Notes: a model not told the origin generated them from the letters alone. A stretch of 62,070 nt of DNA, filler included, from Planctomycetota bacterium (GCA_026991575.1; 4 parts of 4 records of this genome joined end to end with filler, not necessarily neighbours in it); one strand, 5' to 3'; shown: positions 8,765-19,980, counted from the whole stretch's first letter. Program-made: numbers and translations.

Positions 8765-11050
8765 ATGTCTTTCCGCGAAGTGACTGTTGAGCGGATCATC
8801 GGCAAGAGAACTTTTTCGTTGTCGACCGGAAAGCTGGCGCGACAGGCAGATGGAGCGGTGGTTGCTCGTTACGGGGACACGGTCGTCCTGGCGGCGACCG
8901 TAGCAGCTCCGTTGCCCGAAGGGATTGACTTTTTTCCATTGACGGTTGATTACCGCGAGAAACTGTACGCGGCGGGCAAGTTCCCTGGGGGATTTATCAA
9001 GCGGGAAGGGCGGCCGACGACCAAGGAGATCCTCACGTCCCGACTGATCGACCGCTCCATTCGACCACTGTTCCCGAAGAGCTGCAAGCAGGAAGTTCAG
9101 GTGTTGATCATCACGCTGTCTGCCGATGGCCGGAACGATCCCGATGTGATCTCCATCGTGGCTGCTTCTGCTGCGCTGATGGTGTCGGACATTCCGTTTC
9201 GGGGGCCGATCGGCGGGCTGCGTATTGGCCGCATCGATGGCGAACTGACCGTGATGCCCGTGCATCCGGACCTGGCCAACAGCGATCTGGACCTGGTTGT
9301 CTCCGGCACCGATCAGGCGGTGCTGATGATTGAGGGGTTTGGCCGGGAGTTGCCTGAGGGGGAGATCCTGGAAGCGATCCGCTTCGCGCATGAACAGTAC
9401 CAGGCACTGATCGACATGCAGCGCGAGCTGCGTGAGCGGCTTGGCTTGCCGCCGAAGCAGATTGAGCCCGAGCCGGAGAACCCGTACACAGGTCAGATCA
9501 TTGAGCGGTTTGGCCAGGAGTTCCGCCAGGCGTACCAGATCCGCGAGAAGTTGGCCCGCCGCAACGCGGTCGAAGAGCTGAAGACGCGAATCCGAGACAC
9601 GGTGCTGGCTGAATTGGCCGAAAGCCAGCAGGCTGCCGAGGCGGGAATCGACGAGCTGAAGCTGTTTGACGCCATTCAGGCTGCCGAGCGGGCGGTAGTG
9701 CGGCAGATGATCCTGGAGGGAATCCGACCGGACGGCCGTGGCCATGGTGACCTGCGCGAGATTTACTGCGAGGTAGGGCTCATGCCACGCACCCACGGCT
9801 CGGCCCTCTTTACGCGAGGCGAAACCCAGGCGCTGGTCACCACCACGCTGGGCACCACGATCGACGCCCAGAAAGTGGACGGCATCATGGGCGAGTACCA
9901 CAAGAAGTTCTACCTCGACTACAACATGCCGCCGTTTTCGGTTGGAGAGGTCCGGCCGATTCGCGGGCCGAGTCGTCGGGAGATCGGTCACGGTGCGCTG
10001 GCGGAGCGCTCACTGAAGCCCGTGGTCCCCGACCCTGCTGAATTCCCGTACACGATCCGTGTCGTGTCCGACATCCTCGAGTCGAACGGTTCCAGCTCGA
10101 TGGCCTCGGTGTGCGGTGGTAGCCTGTCATTGATGGACGCCGGGGTGCCGATTCGATGTGCTGTTGCCGGGGTCTCGATCGGCCTGGTCTATGAAGGCGA
10201 CGAGCGGTACGCGCTGCTGACGGACATCCTCGGAGACGAGGACCATTGCGGTGACATGGACTTTAAGGTAGCCGGTACGCAAAGAGGCGTGACCGGCATC
10301 CAGCTTGACCTGAAGATCTGCGGTCTGCCGGACAAGATTGTGGCCGAGACGCTCGAGCGTGCCCGCGAGGCCAGGCTGAAGATTCTGGAGGTCATGGCAC
10401 GCACGATCGATAAGCCCCGACCGCATATCTCGCCGCATGCGCCACACATTGTCCAGGTGCGCATCAATCCGGAGAAGATCGGCCTGATCATCGGCCCCGG
10501 CGGACGCACGATCCGGATGCTGGAGCAGGAGGAGGGCGTGAGCATCGAGATCGAAGAAGATGGCACGGTGACGGTCAGTGCCGACACGGACGAGAAGGCT
10601 CAGGCCGCGGCCGAACGGATTCGGCTGATGACCGAAGAGGTCCAGGTTGGCAAGATCTATACGGGCAAGGTCGTGGACATCCGCGACTTTGGCGCGATTG
10701 TGGAGATCCTCCCTGGGCGGGAAGCCCTGTGCCACATCAGCGAGCTGGACACCGGCTATGTTCGCGACGTGACGGATGTCTGCCAGCTCGGCGACGAAAT
10801 GCAGGTCAAGGTGATCTCCATCGACGATAACGACCGCATCAAGGTGTCCCGCAGGGCCGTGCTGGAGGAGGCCATGCAGGAGGCGGCGGAGGGGGGCCAG
10901 TCGCCTGCGGCCGCCGCAGCCACCGGCGGCCGTGGCCGTGACCGGAGCCGCGGCAACCACGGAGGCGGGCATCACGGTGGTCGCCGTGGCGGTGGCGGTG
11001 GCCGGGGAGGACGTCGTGGCGGAGGAGGCGGTGGTCGCCGCTCGCGCTAA
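8765..11050 (+). CDS. pnp: polyribonucleotide nucleotidyltransferase (PNPase)
   Basis: FFPLTVDYRE, SRREIGHGALAE, ESNGSSSMASVCGG, GDMDFKVAG, KH and S1 domains. Confidence 0.98.
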   Translation: MSFREVTVERIIGKRTFSLSTGKLARQADGAVVARYGDTVVLAATVAAPLPEGIDFFPLTVDYREKLYAAGKFPGGFIKREGRPTTKEILTSRLIDRSIRPLFPKSCKQEVQVLIITLSADGRNDPDVISIVAASAALMVSDIPFRGPIGGLRIGRIDGELTVMPVHPDLANSDLDLVVSGTDQAVLMIEGFGRELPEGEILEAIRFAHEQYQALIDMQRELRERLGLPPKQIEPEPENPYTGQIIERFGQEFRQAYQIREKLARRNAVEELKTRIRDTVLAELAESQQAAEAGIDELKLFDAIQAAERAVVRQMILEGIRPDGRGHGDLREIYCEVGLMPRTHGSALFTRGETQALVTTTLGTTIDAQKVDGIMGEYHKKFYLDYNMPPFSVGEVRPIRGPSRREIGHGALAERSLKPVVPDPAEFPYTIRVVSDILESNGSSSMASVCGGSLSLMDAGVPIRCAVAGVSIGLVYEGDERYALLTDILGDEDHCGDMDFKVAGTQRGVTGIQLDLKICGLPDKIVAETLERAREARLKILEVMARTIDKPRPHISPHAPHIVQVRINPEKIGLIIGPGGRTIRMLEQEEGVSIEIEEDGTVTVSADTDEKAQAAAERIRLMTEEVQVGKIYTGKVVDIRDFGAIVEILPGREALCHISELDTGYVRDVTDVCQLGDEMQVKVISIDDNDRIKVSRRAVLEEAMQEAAEGGQSPAAAAATGGRGRDRSRGNHGGGHHGGRRGGGGGRGGRRGGGGGGRRSR

Positions 11051-11269
11051 TCACGCTCGCTGAAACCGGGAAACCAATCCTGCCCCAAACCGGCACGGAC
11101 CTGGCCCGGCGACGCAGGGTGTATGGCTTGTTACCCGAGGCCGTCGCACCGTGCACCGCCGGCCAAACAAGGGAAACGGATCAGGCGTGCCTGTACGTGT
11201 CCAGTGACGCGGGGCATTCCTCTAGCACGTGGTCGCGACACGGCCGCCACGGGGCGACCAGAAGCGCCA

Positions 11270-12034
11270 ATGGCCGAAAAAAAGCGGCACGGTGCAACCA
11301 GAACCAATCCGCAGCCAGTTGGCGTACCCAGTCCGGAGCTGGAGGCGCATCTGCGGCAACAGTACGCGGAGCTTGCCTACATCGCCGGCGGCCTGGCTCA
11401 TGAGATCAAGAACCCACTGAGTACCATCCGGCTGAACCTCGATCTGCTCGCCGAAGACCTCGACCCGGACAATCCAGCACATCGTCGCATGCTGCGCAAG
11501 CTGGAGCTTGTGCAGCGTGAGTGTGAGCGGTTGGAGGGCATCGTGGAGGAATTCCTGCAGTTCGCTCGCGCCAGCGAGCTGCACCGGGAGGCCTGTGACC
11601 TGAACGCACTCGTCCAGGACCTGGTCGAGTTTCTCGGCCCGACCATGGCTGAGCACCGGATCGAAGTGGCCTTCTACCCCCGATCCGACTTGCCCCTGGT
11701 TCGAGTGGACCGTGACCTGCTGAAACAAGCCCTGCTAAACCTCTTGCTCAACGCCCGCGACGCGATGCCTGAGGGTGGTCAGATTGTGATCGCGACGCAG
11801 CCCGGCGACGGTGACGTGCAGGTTACCGTGATCGATACCGGGGTTGGCATGCCGCGTGAGATCCTGGAGAAGATCTTTCACCCGTTCTTTTCCACCCGCC
11901 GTCACGGCACCGGTCTTGGCCTGCCCACGGTGCGCAAGATTGTCGAGGCCCACGGGGGGAAGGTGACCGTGGAGAGCGAGCCTGGCAAAGGCTCAAAGTT
12001 CACGATCCATCTGCCTGTGGGCGAACGCGGCTAA
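11270..12034 (+). CDS. cytoplasmic histidine kinase (HisKA + HATPase, no obvious sensor domain)
   Basis: H-box AHEIKNPL, N-box NLLLNARDA, DTGVG, FFST, GTGLGL. Confidence 0.9.
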   Translation: MAEKKRHGATRTNPQPVGVPSPELEAHLRQQYAELAYIAGGLAHEIKNPLSTIRLNLDLLAEDLDPDNPAHRRMLRKLELVQRECERLEGIVEEFLQFARASELHREACDLNALVQDLVEFLGPTMAEHRIEVAFYPRSDLPLVRVDRDLLKQALLNLLLNARDAMPEGGQIVIATQPGDGDVQVTVIDTGVGMPREILEKIFHPFFSTRRHGTGLGLPTVRKIVEAHGGKVTVESEPGKGSKFTIHLPVGERG

Positions 12035-12239
12035 CGGGTCGGTCGTGGCCGGCAGGACCGGGGCGGGCTTTGTTTGGGCGGCTCCGCGGCCCGCCTTAGA
12101 ATGGGGCGGAAACGCCTGTTCAAACCCGGGCGTACTTTCTGGCACCGGCCGAGGAAGTTAACCGCGGTTACACAGCGTGCCCGTCCGGCTCTACGCACGG
12201 TGGCTAGCGTCTCGTGCGGCCGCGCCGTGGTGCGGAGCG

Positions 12240-13673
12240 ATGGCGATGTCGACCCCGATACGCGTGTTGGTTGTGGACGACGAGGAATCGCACGCTCAGA
12301 CCATTGCCGAGTGTCTGGAGCGGGTGGGGTACGAGTGCGCGGTGGCCACAAGCGGTACGGGTGCTGCGGAGCTGCTGGAACAGGATTGCTTCGACATTGT
12401 TATCACGGACCTCGTGATGGACGAGGTCGATGGCATGGAGATCTTGCGGCGCGTGAAGGACGCCTCGCCCGAGACGGAGGTGATTCTGATTTCGGCGCAC
12501 GGAACGCTAAAGCAGGCCGTGGAGGCGATGGAGCGAGGGGCGCTGACCTATCTGACGAAGCCGCTGGACCTGAAGGAGTTGCGTGCCAAGGTGGCGCGCG
12601 CAGCGGAACGCGTCGAGATGCTGCGGTCCAACCGGGAGCTCCGCCGGCAACTGGATGAGCGGTACGGCTTCGAGGGGCTGATCGGCAATAGCCCGCGGAT
12701 GCGCCGAATCATCTCGGTGCTGCAGCAGATCGCGCCCACGTCTGCGACGGTGCTCATTGAGGGGGAAACCGGTACGGGCAAGGAGTTGGTGGCCAAGGCG
12801 ATCCACAACAATAGTCCGCGTAAGAACAAGCGTTTCGTCGCGGTTAACTGCGCTGCGTTTGCCGAGTCATTGATTGAGAGCGAACTGTTCGGCCACGAGC
12901 GCGGCGCCTTCACCGGCGCAGATCGGGTGCGGATCGGCAAGTTCGAGTACGCCAGTGGGGGCACGCTGTTCCTGGACGAAGTCGGCGACATGCCGCTGTC
13001 AACCCAGGTGAAGCTGCTTCGCGTGCTGGAACACGGCGAGATCGTACGGCTCGGGAGCAACGAGCCGGTCAAGGTGAACGTCAGAATCATCTCGGCCACC
13101 AATCAGGACCTGCAAAGGCTGGTCGAGGAGGGCAAGTTCCGGCAGGACCTGTACTATCGACTCAAGGTGGCGAGTATCCGGCTGCCTCCGTTGCGCGAGC
13201 GTATGGAAGACATACCGCTCTTGATCGATCATTTTCTCAAGGAGCTGACCGCCAAGCATGGCCGCCAGATCCGCGCGATCACGCCGGCGGTGCGCCGTCA
13301 GTTCATGCGCTACGACTGGCCGGGCAACGTGCGTGAGCTGCGTAACGTTCTGGAGAGCATGATCGTGGTGGACGTCGATGGTGTGTTGGATGAGGACGAC
13401 CTGACGGAGGCTGGGTTTCCGCTGCAGCCCGCTGCCACCACCGCCAGCGAAGAAAGCTCACTGATTGGCAAGCCGCTACGCGAGGTGGAGCGGTGGTACA
13501 TCATGAAGGCGCTGGAACTGACGAAGGGGAATCGCGAGGAGGCGGCCAGACTGCTGCAGATCGGCGAGCGCACCCTGTACCGCAAGATCAAACGCTACAA
13601 CTTGGGCAAAGTCGGCCATGGGAATCATTCGCCAGCTGCCAGCGGCAGTGGTCAATCAGATCGCGGCCGGTGA
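12240..13673 (+). CDS. sigma54-dependent response regulator (NtrC family)
   Basis: REC domain (VVDDE, ITDLVM, LTKP), [28 protein letters not shown]-terminal HTH. Confidence 0.95.
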   Translation: MAMSTPIRVLVVDDEESHAQTIAECLERVGYECAVATSGTGAAELLEQDCFDIVITDLVMDEVDGMEILRRVKDASPETEVILISAHGTLKQAVEAMERGALTYLTKPLDLKELRAKVARAAERVEMLRSNRELRRQLDERYGFEGLIGNSPRMRRIISVLQQIAPTSATVLIEGETGTGKELVAKAIHNNSPRKNKRFVAVNCAAFAESLIESELFGHERGAFTGADRVRIGKFEYASGGTLFLDEVGDMPLSTQVKLLRVLEHGEIVRLGSNEPVKVNVRIISATNQDLQRLVEEGKFRQDLYYRLKVASIRLPPLRERMEDIPLLIDHFLKELTAKHGRQIRAITPAVRRQFMRYDWPGNVRELRNVLESMIVVDVDGVLDEDDLTEAGFPLQPAATTASEESSLIGKPLREVERWYIMKALELTKGNREEAARLLQIGERTLYRKIKRYNLGKVGHGNHSPAASGSGQSDRGR

Positions 13674-15492
13674 GGTCGTTGAGCGGCCGGCCAGCGTGGT
13701 GAAGGAGTTGCTTGAGAATGCGATCGACGCGGGCGCTCGCCGCATCGAGGTGCACCTGCAGAAAGGGGGGCAAGAGCTGGTGCGCGTCGTCGACGACGGC
13801 TGTGGCATTGCCCCCGATGACCTGCCGCTGGCTCTAGCGCCTCACGCAACCAGCAAACTCCGCAGCGCAGAAGACCTTGCCCACATCAGCACCATGGGCT
13901 TCCGCGGGGAAGCGCTCGCCTCGATCGCCTCGGTAGCCAGAGTGCGGATCGAATCACGCCAGCGCGAGTCCGAGAACGGTTACGCCATCGAATGCGCCGG
14001 CGGTGAGATGTCTGCCGTCACCGCGTGCGGCTGCCCGGTGGGGACGATGGTCCAGGTGCGCGACCTGTTCTTCAATGTGCCGGTGCGGCGGAAGTTCCTG
14101 AAGACCCCGCAAACCGAACTAGGGCACGCCGTCGAAGCATTCACACGCGTCGCGCTCGCCTATCCAGAGCTCCAACTTACCCTCAGCCACAACCGACGCA
14201 TCGTCTATGAACTGCCCGCCACCGGCCAGCTGCTCGAGCGATTGGGCATGTTCTTCGGCCGGGAACTGGTTGAGCAGCTTATCTGGGTTGAACAAGAGCT
14301 GGACGGCTATCGCCTCTGGGGCTACGTGGCCAACCCCAGCCAGACACGGCCGAATACACGCGGCCAGTACTTCTTCGTGAATCGGCGCTACGTTCGTGAC
14401 CGCGTGTTGTCCCATGCCCTTGCCGAAGCATACCGTGGCCTGCTCATGACCGGCCGGCATCCGATCGCGTTCCTGTTCCTTGACGTGCCGCATGACCAGG
14501 TCGACGTCAATGTGCATCCGACCAAGATCGAGGTGCGCTTCCGTGACTCCCAGCGGATCTACTCGCTGGTCCTGGGCACGCTGCGCGACCGTTTCCTGAA
14601 AACCGATCTGACCGCACCGCTTCGCACCGAGCCTCCCGAACAACACGATGCGTTCGCGCTGCCGGAGGAACCGGCCGCGCAGAGTTCACCACCATCCGCT
14701 GCGGTGCCGGGCCGCACGGTCGATTCTGAACAGCACGCGCGAGCCGACGCGGTGCTGCGCAGCCTGGACGGCTTCTACGCCCGTCAGACGGGACACTCGC
14801 GACCGCAGAGAGCGACCGCAGACGAGTTCTCCCTGAGACGCTCCCCCCCACCGCCCCGAAAACTGCCCCTCCAACCGGCACGCGGACAGGACACTCAGCG
14901 CGGTGGTGACCGACAACCAGACGTGCCGCGCGCGATCCAGGTCCACGACGCGTACCTGGTGGTCGAGACCGAGGATGGATTGATGGTCATCGATCAGCAT
15001 GCGCTCCATGAGCGGATCCTCTACGACGAGCTCCGGCGGCGGGTGGAAGAGGGCACCCTGCAGAGTCAGCGGCTGCTGGTGCCCGAACCCGTGCCGCTGA
15101 CCGCCGAGCATGAGGCACTTGTTGAAGAGCACAGCGATCTGCTCCGCGAACTCGGGCTCGAGCTGGAGCTGTTCGGGAACCGGTCGGCTCTGCTGCGGGC
15201 CTATCCGGCTATGCTGGCCAACGTCGATCCGGTTGCTTTAGTACACGACATTCTCAGCCAGCTGGCCGAATGTGCTCAGCGGGTCCATCGACGCGAGCTG
15301 CTCGACCGGATGCTGCACACGATCGCCTGTAAGGCTGCGGTGAAGGCCGGGCAGCGTCTCAGCGACGAGGAGATTCGTGCATTGTTGGCTCGTCGCGAAC
15401 TGGCCCGCGATCATCACCACTGTCCGCATGGACGGCCGACAGCCCTGGTGCTGACTCGTGATGAGTTGGACCGCCGGTTCGGCCGGCGTTGA
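13618..15492 (+). CDS. mutL: DNA mismatch repair endonuclease MutL
   Basis: [56 protein letters not shown]. Confidence 0.96.
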   Translation: MGIIRQLPAAVVNQIAAGEVVERPASVVKELLENAIDAGARRIEVHLQKGGQELVRVVDDGCGIAPDDLPLALAPHATSKLRSAEDLAHISTMGFRGEALASIASVARVRIESRQRESENGYAIECAGGEMSAVTACGCPVGTMVQVRDLFFNVPVRRKFLKTPQTELGHAVEAFTRVALAYPELQLTLSHNRRIVYELPATGQLLERLGMFFGRELVEQLIWVEQELDGYRLWGYVANPSQTRPNTRGQYFFVNRRYVRDRVLSHALAEAYRGLLMTGRHPIAFLFLDVPHDQVDVNVHPTKIEVRFRDSQRIYSLVLGTLRDRFLKTDLTAPLRTEPPEQHDAFALPEEPAAQSSPPSAAVPGRTVDSEQHARADAVLRSLDGFYARQTGHSRPQRATADEFSLRRSPPPPRKLPLQPARGQDTQRGGDRQPDVPRAIQVHDAYLVVETEDGLMVIDQHALHERILYDELRRRVEEGTLQSQRLLVPEPVPLTAEHEALVEEHSDLLRELGLELELFGNRSALLRAYPAMLANVDPVALVHDILSQLAECAQRVHRRELLDRMLHTIACKAAVKAGQRLSDEEIRALLARRELARDHHHCPHGRPTALVLTRDELDRRFGRR

Positions 15493-16190
15493 CACGCCTT
15501 GACGCGGGGAGCCATCGTTCGATGCCTCTACGACCCTGGTCCGTGGGTGTCTGCGAACGCGGCGACTGGTGGTACGACCAACTTTCTGCTCGACTCCATT
15601 CGGCTCCGGCGGTGGTCCTTCGCTTCGGCTGGCCCGAGGGGGACACCGCGGAAGTGGACCGACTGCCTCTGGTGCAGGTACTGGTGGTGGTCCCGCAGCG
15701 AAGCGGTGATGAGCGGGCCGTTCTGGAGCTGGTCGCGGCGTGGCGGCGACGCCACCGGGACGGTCACGTCATTGCCTTGCTTCCAATGGCACTGATGCAT
15801 CTGGCCCCGGCGCTGCGGACGCTGTTTGTGCAGCGTATCTTCCCCGCCCATGTGCCGCCCGCGCGGTTAGCAGACCACGTGCACCGCGTCTGCCACGATC
15901 TGGTTCCGGTGCCGGTGCGTGGCCGGGAGGCTGATGAGACAGTCGCCGCGGCGGATCCGCTGGAGCGGCACGATGCGGGGCTCCCAGTACTGCTGGAGGA
16001 CCGTTGTCGCGCGTCCGGACGATGCGTAGCCATCTGCCCGTGTGACTGTTTGCAACTGTCCGGGGCGTACCCGGTACTGGCCCGACCGGACCGCTGCGTC
16101 CGCTGTGGGCTTTGTGTGGCCGTCTGTCCGACCGCAGCGCTGATTCAACCGTTGCGGCCGGAGCTTTCTGTCGGGCCGCCGTCCGGCTGA
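15489..16190 (+). CDS. protein with C-terminal ferredoxin-type Fe-S dicluster domain
   Basis: CRASGRCVAICP and CVRCGLCVAVCP; TTG start overlaps the mutL stop. Confidence 0.7.
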   Translation: MTRLDAGSHRSMPLRPWSVGVCERGDWWYDQLSARLHSAPAVVLRFGWPEGDTAEVDRLPLVQVLVVVPQRSGDERAVLELVAAWRRRHRDGHVIALLPMALMHLAPALRTLFVQRIFPAHVPPARLADHVHRVCHDLVPVPVRGREADETVAAADPLERHDAGLPVLLEDRCRASGRCVAICPCDCLQLSGAYPVLARPDRCVRCGLCVAVCPTAALIQPLRPELSVGPPSG

Positions 16191-16282
16191 AGTGCCACGA
16201 TGGCCGCGGTCGTAGAATGCAGCGAACTGCACAACGTGTTACGAAACGGTCGCCGTGCCACACGCATGCTACGGGTAGGACC

Positions 16283-17362
16283 ATGGCAGAGACTGTCACG
16301 CGAGAAGCGGTTCTCGAGGCGCTGCGGGGCGTGAAGGACCCTGAGCTGGGCCGCGACCTGCTTGAGCTGGGGATGATCAAGTCGGTGGAAGTGGCTGGCA
16401 ACGACGTGGCGGTCCACGTGGAGCTGACCACCCCCGCCTGTCCCCTGAAAGGGCAGATTGAGCGAGACATCACCGCGGCGCTGAAGACGAAGCTGCCGCA
16501 GGTTCGCGGCGTGCGGGTTGAGTTCACGGCACAGGTGCGCGGGATGAGTCGCGGCGGCGAGTTGCCGGGCGTGAAGCACACGATTGCCGTCGGGAGCGGC
16601 AAGGGGGGCGTGGGCAAGTCGACGATTGCGGTCAGCCTTGCGCTGGCTCTTAGATCCAGCGGTGCCCGGGTCGGGCTGCTTGATGCGGACATTTACGGGC
16701 CCAGCGTGCCCGTGCTGCTGGGCATCAGCGAGCGGCCCACGGTGGAAGACCAGCGAATCGTGCCGGTGCAGGCGGGCGGCATGCCGGTGATGTCGATGGG
16801 ATTCCTGATTCCTCAGCACGAGGCGGTCATCTGGCGTGGCCCGATGCTGCACGGCGCCATCCAGCAATTCCTGCACAACGTGCATTGGGGGGAGCTCGAC
16901 TACCTGGTCATCGATCTACCGCCCACCACCGGTGACGTTCCGCTGAGTCTGGCTCAGCTATTGCCCTTGACCGGTGCCGTGGTGGTTTGTACGCCGCAGG
17001 ATGTCGCGCTGGCGGATGCCATCCGCGCGATCACCGCGTTTCGAAAGCTGAAGATCGAGCTGCTTGGCCTGGTCGAGAACATGAGCTACTTCCTCTGTCC
17101 ACACTGCGGTGAACGCACCGAGCTGTTCGGCTCGGGTGGTGCGCGACGGTTGGCCGAGCGCGAGGAAATTCCGTTTCTTGGAGGGGTGCCCCTCAACCTT
17201 GACTTGAGGCAACTCGGCGACGAAGGCCGCCTGGCCGAGATCTTCGACAACAATCATCCAATGCGGCAGCCCCTGATGGCGCTGGCCGAGCAGTTGGCGG
17301 CACGGATCTCAGTGATCACCGAGCGCGAGCGACGACTGCCGAAACTGGAAATCCTTGGCTAA
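16283..17362 (+). CDS. mrp: Mrp/NBP35 (ApbC) iron-sulfur cluster carrier ATPase
   Basis: N-terminal VKDPEL...[35 protein letters not shown]. Confidence 0.93.
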   Translation: MAETVTREAVLEALRGVKDPELGRDLLELGMIKSVEVAGNDVAVHVELTTPACPLKGQIERDITAALKTKLPQVRGVRVEFTAQVRGMSRGGELPGVKHTIAVGSGKGGVGKSTIAVSLALALRSSGARVGLLDADIYGPSVPVLLGISERPTVEDQRIVPVQAGGMPVMSMGFLIPQHEAVIWRGPMLHGAIQQFLHNVHWGELDYLVIDLPPTTGDVPLSLAQLLPLTGAVVVCTPQDVALADAIRAITAFRKLKIELLGLVENMSYFLCPHCGERTELFGSGGARRLAEREEIPFLGGVPLNLDLRQLGDEGRLAEIFDNNHPMRQPLMALAEQLAARISVITERERRLPKLEILG

Positions 17363-17381
17363 ACTGCGCGGAGTCCTGAGC

Positions 17382-17978
17382 ATGCTAGGTGCAGAGCTGG
17401 ACGCTCGAAGCTATCTCCAACGGACAGCAGCGGAATTACAGCGGGTCGATCCGAAGGAAGTGGAGGCGTTGGCCGACGAGATTTACCGGTGCTATGAGAC
17501 GGACCGCTTCGTGTTCATCTGCGGCAACGGCGGCTCCGGCGCCAATGCATCCCATTTCTGCGAGGATCTTGGCAAGAGTACCTTGCGGCGCGAGGACTTC
17601 GACGACGATAGCCGCAAGCGGCTCAAGGTGCTGAGTCTTACGGACAACACCCCCTACATCCTGGCCTGGGCCAACGACGAAGGTTACGATCGGATCTTCG
17701 TCGAACAGCTCAAGAACCTGGCCTCGCCGGGCGACCTGCTGATTGCCATCAGCGGATCGGGCAACAGCGCCAACGTGCTCCGCGCCGTCGAATGGGCCAA
17801 CGCGCACGGCCTGCGCACGTTCGGTGTCACCGGCTACGACGGCGGTAAGCTAAAGCAACTGGCGCACCGCTCGTTGCACGTGCCGCTGAACGACATGGGC
17901 ATGGTCGAGTCGATTCACCTGGTGGTCTTTCACTGGGTGCTTGGCGAGCTGTTTCGGCGGATCTACGCCGCGACATGA
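17382..17978 (+). CDS. gmhA: SIS-domain phosphoheptose isomerase (GmhA-like)
   Basis: [31 protein letters not shown]. Confidence 0.82.
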   Translation: MLGAELDARSYLQRTAAELQRVDPKEVEALADEIYRCYETDRFVFICGNGGSGANASHFCEDLGKSTLRREDFDDDSRKRLKVLSLTDNTPYILAWANDEGYDRIFVEQLKNLASPGDLLIAISGSGNSANVLRAVEWANAHGLRTFGVTGYDGGKLKQLAHRSLHVPLNDMGMVESIHLVVFHWVLGELFRRIYAAT

Positions 17979-18958
17979 GTTGGCTGATTGCGGTCGAAAT
18001 CGGCGGCACCAAGCTCCAGGTCGGCCTGGCCGATCAGACGGGCAACATTATCCGGATCGAACGCAGTCGCGTGCTTCGCGGATGGGATGCGTCCGAGATC
18101 CGTGATCGGATCGCTGCCATGATAGCCTCATTGCTGGCCACCACCGGCCGGTCGACCGACGAGATCGTCGCCGTGGGGGTCGGCTTTGGCGGGCCGGTGG
18201 ACGCTGAGCGCGGCGTAACCATCAAATCACACCACGTTCCCGGCTGGGACAACTACCCGCTTGCCCGGTGGTTCCGCGATCTATGGGGCTGGCGCACCGT
18301 TGTACACAACGACGCGGACACGGCCGGGCTCGGTGAAGCGACGCGGGGGGCGGGCCGCGGCAAGAATCCGATTTTCTATATCACGATCGGCACCGGTATC
18401 GGCGGCGGGTTCATCTTAGACGGCAAGATCTACCGCGGTGCCGGCCTTGGGGCCGGAGAGATCGGGCATCTGAAGATCCTGCCAGCGGATCCAGCCGACC
18501 CGTTCGGCCGCTGGCTGATCACCGAGGAGCTGGCGTCTGGATTGGGCCTGGCGCGACGGGCCCAGGAGTTGGTAAACCGCGAACCTCAGCAGGCCGGCCT
18601 GCTCATGGAGTTGGCGCGGGGGGAACCTCAGGATATCTCGGCAGAGGTCGTGGCCGAGGCTGCCGCGCGCGGCAACCCCGCCGCAAGGAAGCTGTTGACT
18701 GAGGCGGTCGAAGCGCTTGCTCGGGCCATCTGCCACGTCGTGGCACTGCTCTGCCCCGAGCGGATCATCATCGGTGGCGGCGTGGCCCAGATGGGCGAAG
18801 AGCTGCTCTTTGCACCGTTGCGGCGGCGTGTCGACGAGCTCGTGTTTCCGCCGTTCCGCACCGCCTTCGACATCGTCCCGGCCGAGCTCGGTCCGGAGGT
18901 CGTCTTGCACGGGGCGGTCGAGCTCGCCCGTCAGCTTGCCGCCGGGTCGGGCAAATGA
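17975..18958 (+). CDS. ROK family sugar kinase
   Basis: [32 protein letters not shown]. Confidence 0.9.
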   Translation: MSWLIAVEIGGTKLQVGLADQTGNIIRIERSRVLRGWDASEIRDRIAAMIASLLATTGRSTDEIVAVGVGFGGPVDAERGVTIKSHHVPGWDNYPLARWFRDLWGWRTVVHNDADTAGLGEATRGAGRGKNPIFYITIGTGIGGGFILDGKIYRGAGLGAGEIGHLKILPADPADPFGRWLITEELASGLGLARRAQELVNREPQQAGLLMELARGEPQDISAEVVAEAAARGNPAARKLLTEAVEALARAICHVVALLCPERIIIGGGVAQMGEELLFAPLRRRVDELVFPPFRTAFDIVPAELGPEVVLHGAVELARQLAAGSGK

Positions 18959-19104
18959 TGCCCGATGTTGATGGCCGCGAGCCGGTCCTTTGGAATGCGC
19001 ACCAGGTACAGGAAGGCCAGACCCGCTATCAGGAAACCGGCCTGAGAGCAGATTGCCACACGGAGCCCGAACAGGTCGCTGAGTAAGCCGAACACGGTGC
19101 TACC
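18931..19104 (-). CDS. C-terminal fragment of an MFS-type transporter (runs off contig end; not in ORF track)
   Basis: manual translation GSTVFGLLSDLFGLRVAICSQAGFLIAGLAFLYLVRIPK...stop; GxLSDxFGxR loop motif. Confidence 0.6.
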   Translation of the reverse strand, partial: GSTVFGLLSDLFGLRVAICSQAGFLIAGLAFLYLVRIPKDRLAAINIGHHLPDPAAS

Positions 19105-19105
19105 G

Positions 19106-19205
19106 NNNNNNNNNNNNNNNNNNNNNNNNNNNNNNNNNNNNNNNNNNNNTTAATTAATTAANNNNNNNNNNNNNNNNNNNNNNNNNNNNNNNNNNNNNNN
19201 NNNNN
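19106..19205. other. artificial contig linker
   Basis: 44 N + TTAATTAATTAA (stops in all six frames) + 44 N, identical at three places. Confidence 0.97.
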
Positions 19206-19581
19206 TTGCTTGCCACCCTCTGACTCCTGATGGGCCGCTCCTCCTGTCGGTTCGGTGCTCCGATTCGCCCCAGTCCGGCGAGCACCAAGCGGACCGCCGG
19301 GGGACATCTTACAGGGCCCACCCTATACCCTGATGTACCGCAGGCTCCTCGCGTCCTGTGCCGATCAGGCCTCCGTCGTTCACGTCATCGGACCTTCCGA
19401 GCATTCCGCCCCCCAACCACCCCACGTCGCCATCCGCATCGGTCTGTTTTCCCCCGGATGCTGACCTGGCCTTCCGACAAGGCATCTTGGGCTTCGCCAC
19501 TACCTGGCAGGCTCGCCACGACGTCAGGCCGAATCGGGTTCCTCTCGTGCGGACTACTCGTTCGCCTCCGGTTGCTCCCAC
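19206..19581 (-). ncRNA. group II intron fragment (part of domain I plus domain II)
   Basis: minus strand GGGAGCAACCGGAGGCGAA...GAACCCGATTCGGCC...GGCGAGCCTGCC...GGCGAAGCCC typical of domain I; 19215-19306 aligns with 41907-41998 of the intron that retains domains V/VI. Confidence 0.7.
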
Positions 19582-19652
19582 ATCGTCGTGAGGGGGGCGT
19601 GGAGAGCAGCACCCCCGCCGAGGGGATGGGCGAATCACCGCGGCAACCTACT

Positions 19653-19980
19653 CCATCGGCGGGCGGGAGGCCTTGTGCCCCCCGCCCGCAAGGTTGTTGG
19701 ATAGCGCGGGCGCATCTCCAAAAGATTTTCCCCTCCCGGGCCGCGGGCGGGTCGATCCCGCCCGCGGCCCGGTGGTCCGATTCCCTTGGGCGCGCTGTGC
19801 ACAGAGAGACTGCGCCGTCGTCCCGGAGGGAGCGCGATGCCACCTCGCCGACGCCGCGGACTGCCGTCCGCGGCGTCCCGGGCTTTTTCAAATGGGAAAC
19901 ACAAGAAGCAAGACCTGGTACGGCCCGCGCTACCCATCAACAGAGCGGCAGGGGCGCATAAAGCCCCCTGCCGCCCATTG
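19653..19980. repeat. inverted-repeat-bounded multi-hairpin element, copy 1
   Basis: arms 19659-19711 and 19923-19974 are imperfect inverted copies; perfect 16-bp (19736-19772) and 12-bp (19850-19877) internal hairpins. Confidence 0.75.

Noticed and set aside
11091..11105. CGGCACG-GACC-TGGC as a sigma54 promoter for the kinase
   Set aside because: The -12 element deviates from TTGC, and such matches are frequent in high-GC DNA
19106..19205. TTAATTAATTAA palindrome repeated three times inside N runs
   Set aside because: Identical 100-bp construct with six-frame stops: an assembly joining linker, not biology
19951..19978. GGGGCGCATAA resembles the XerC arm of dif (GGTGCGCATAA)
   Set aside because: No XerD arm (TTATGTTAAAT-like) after a 6-bp spacer
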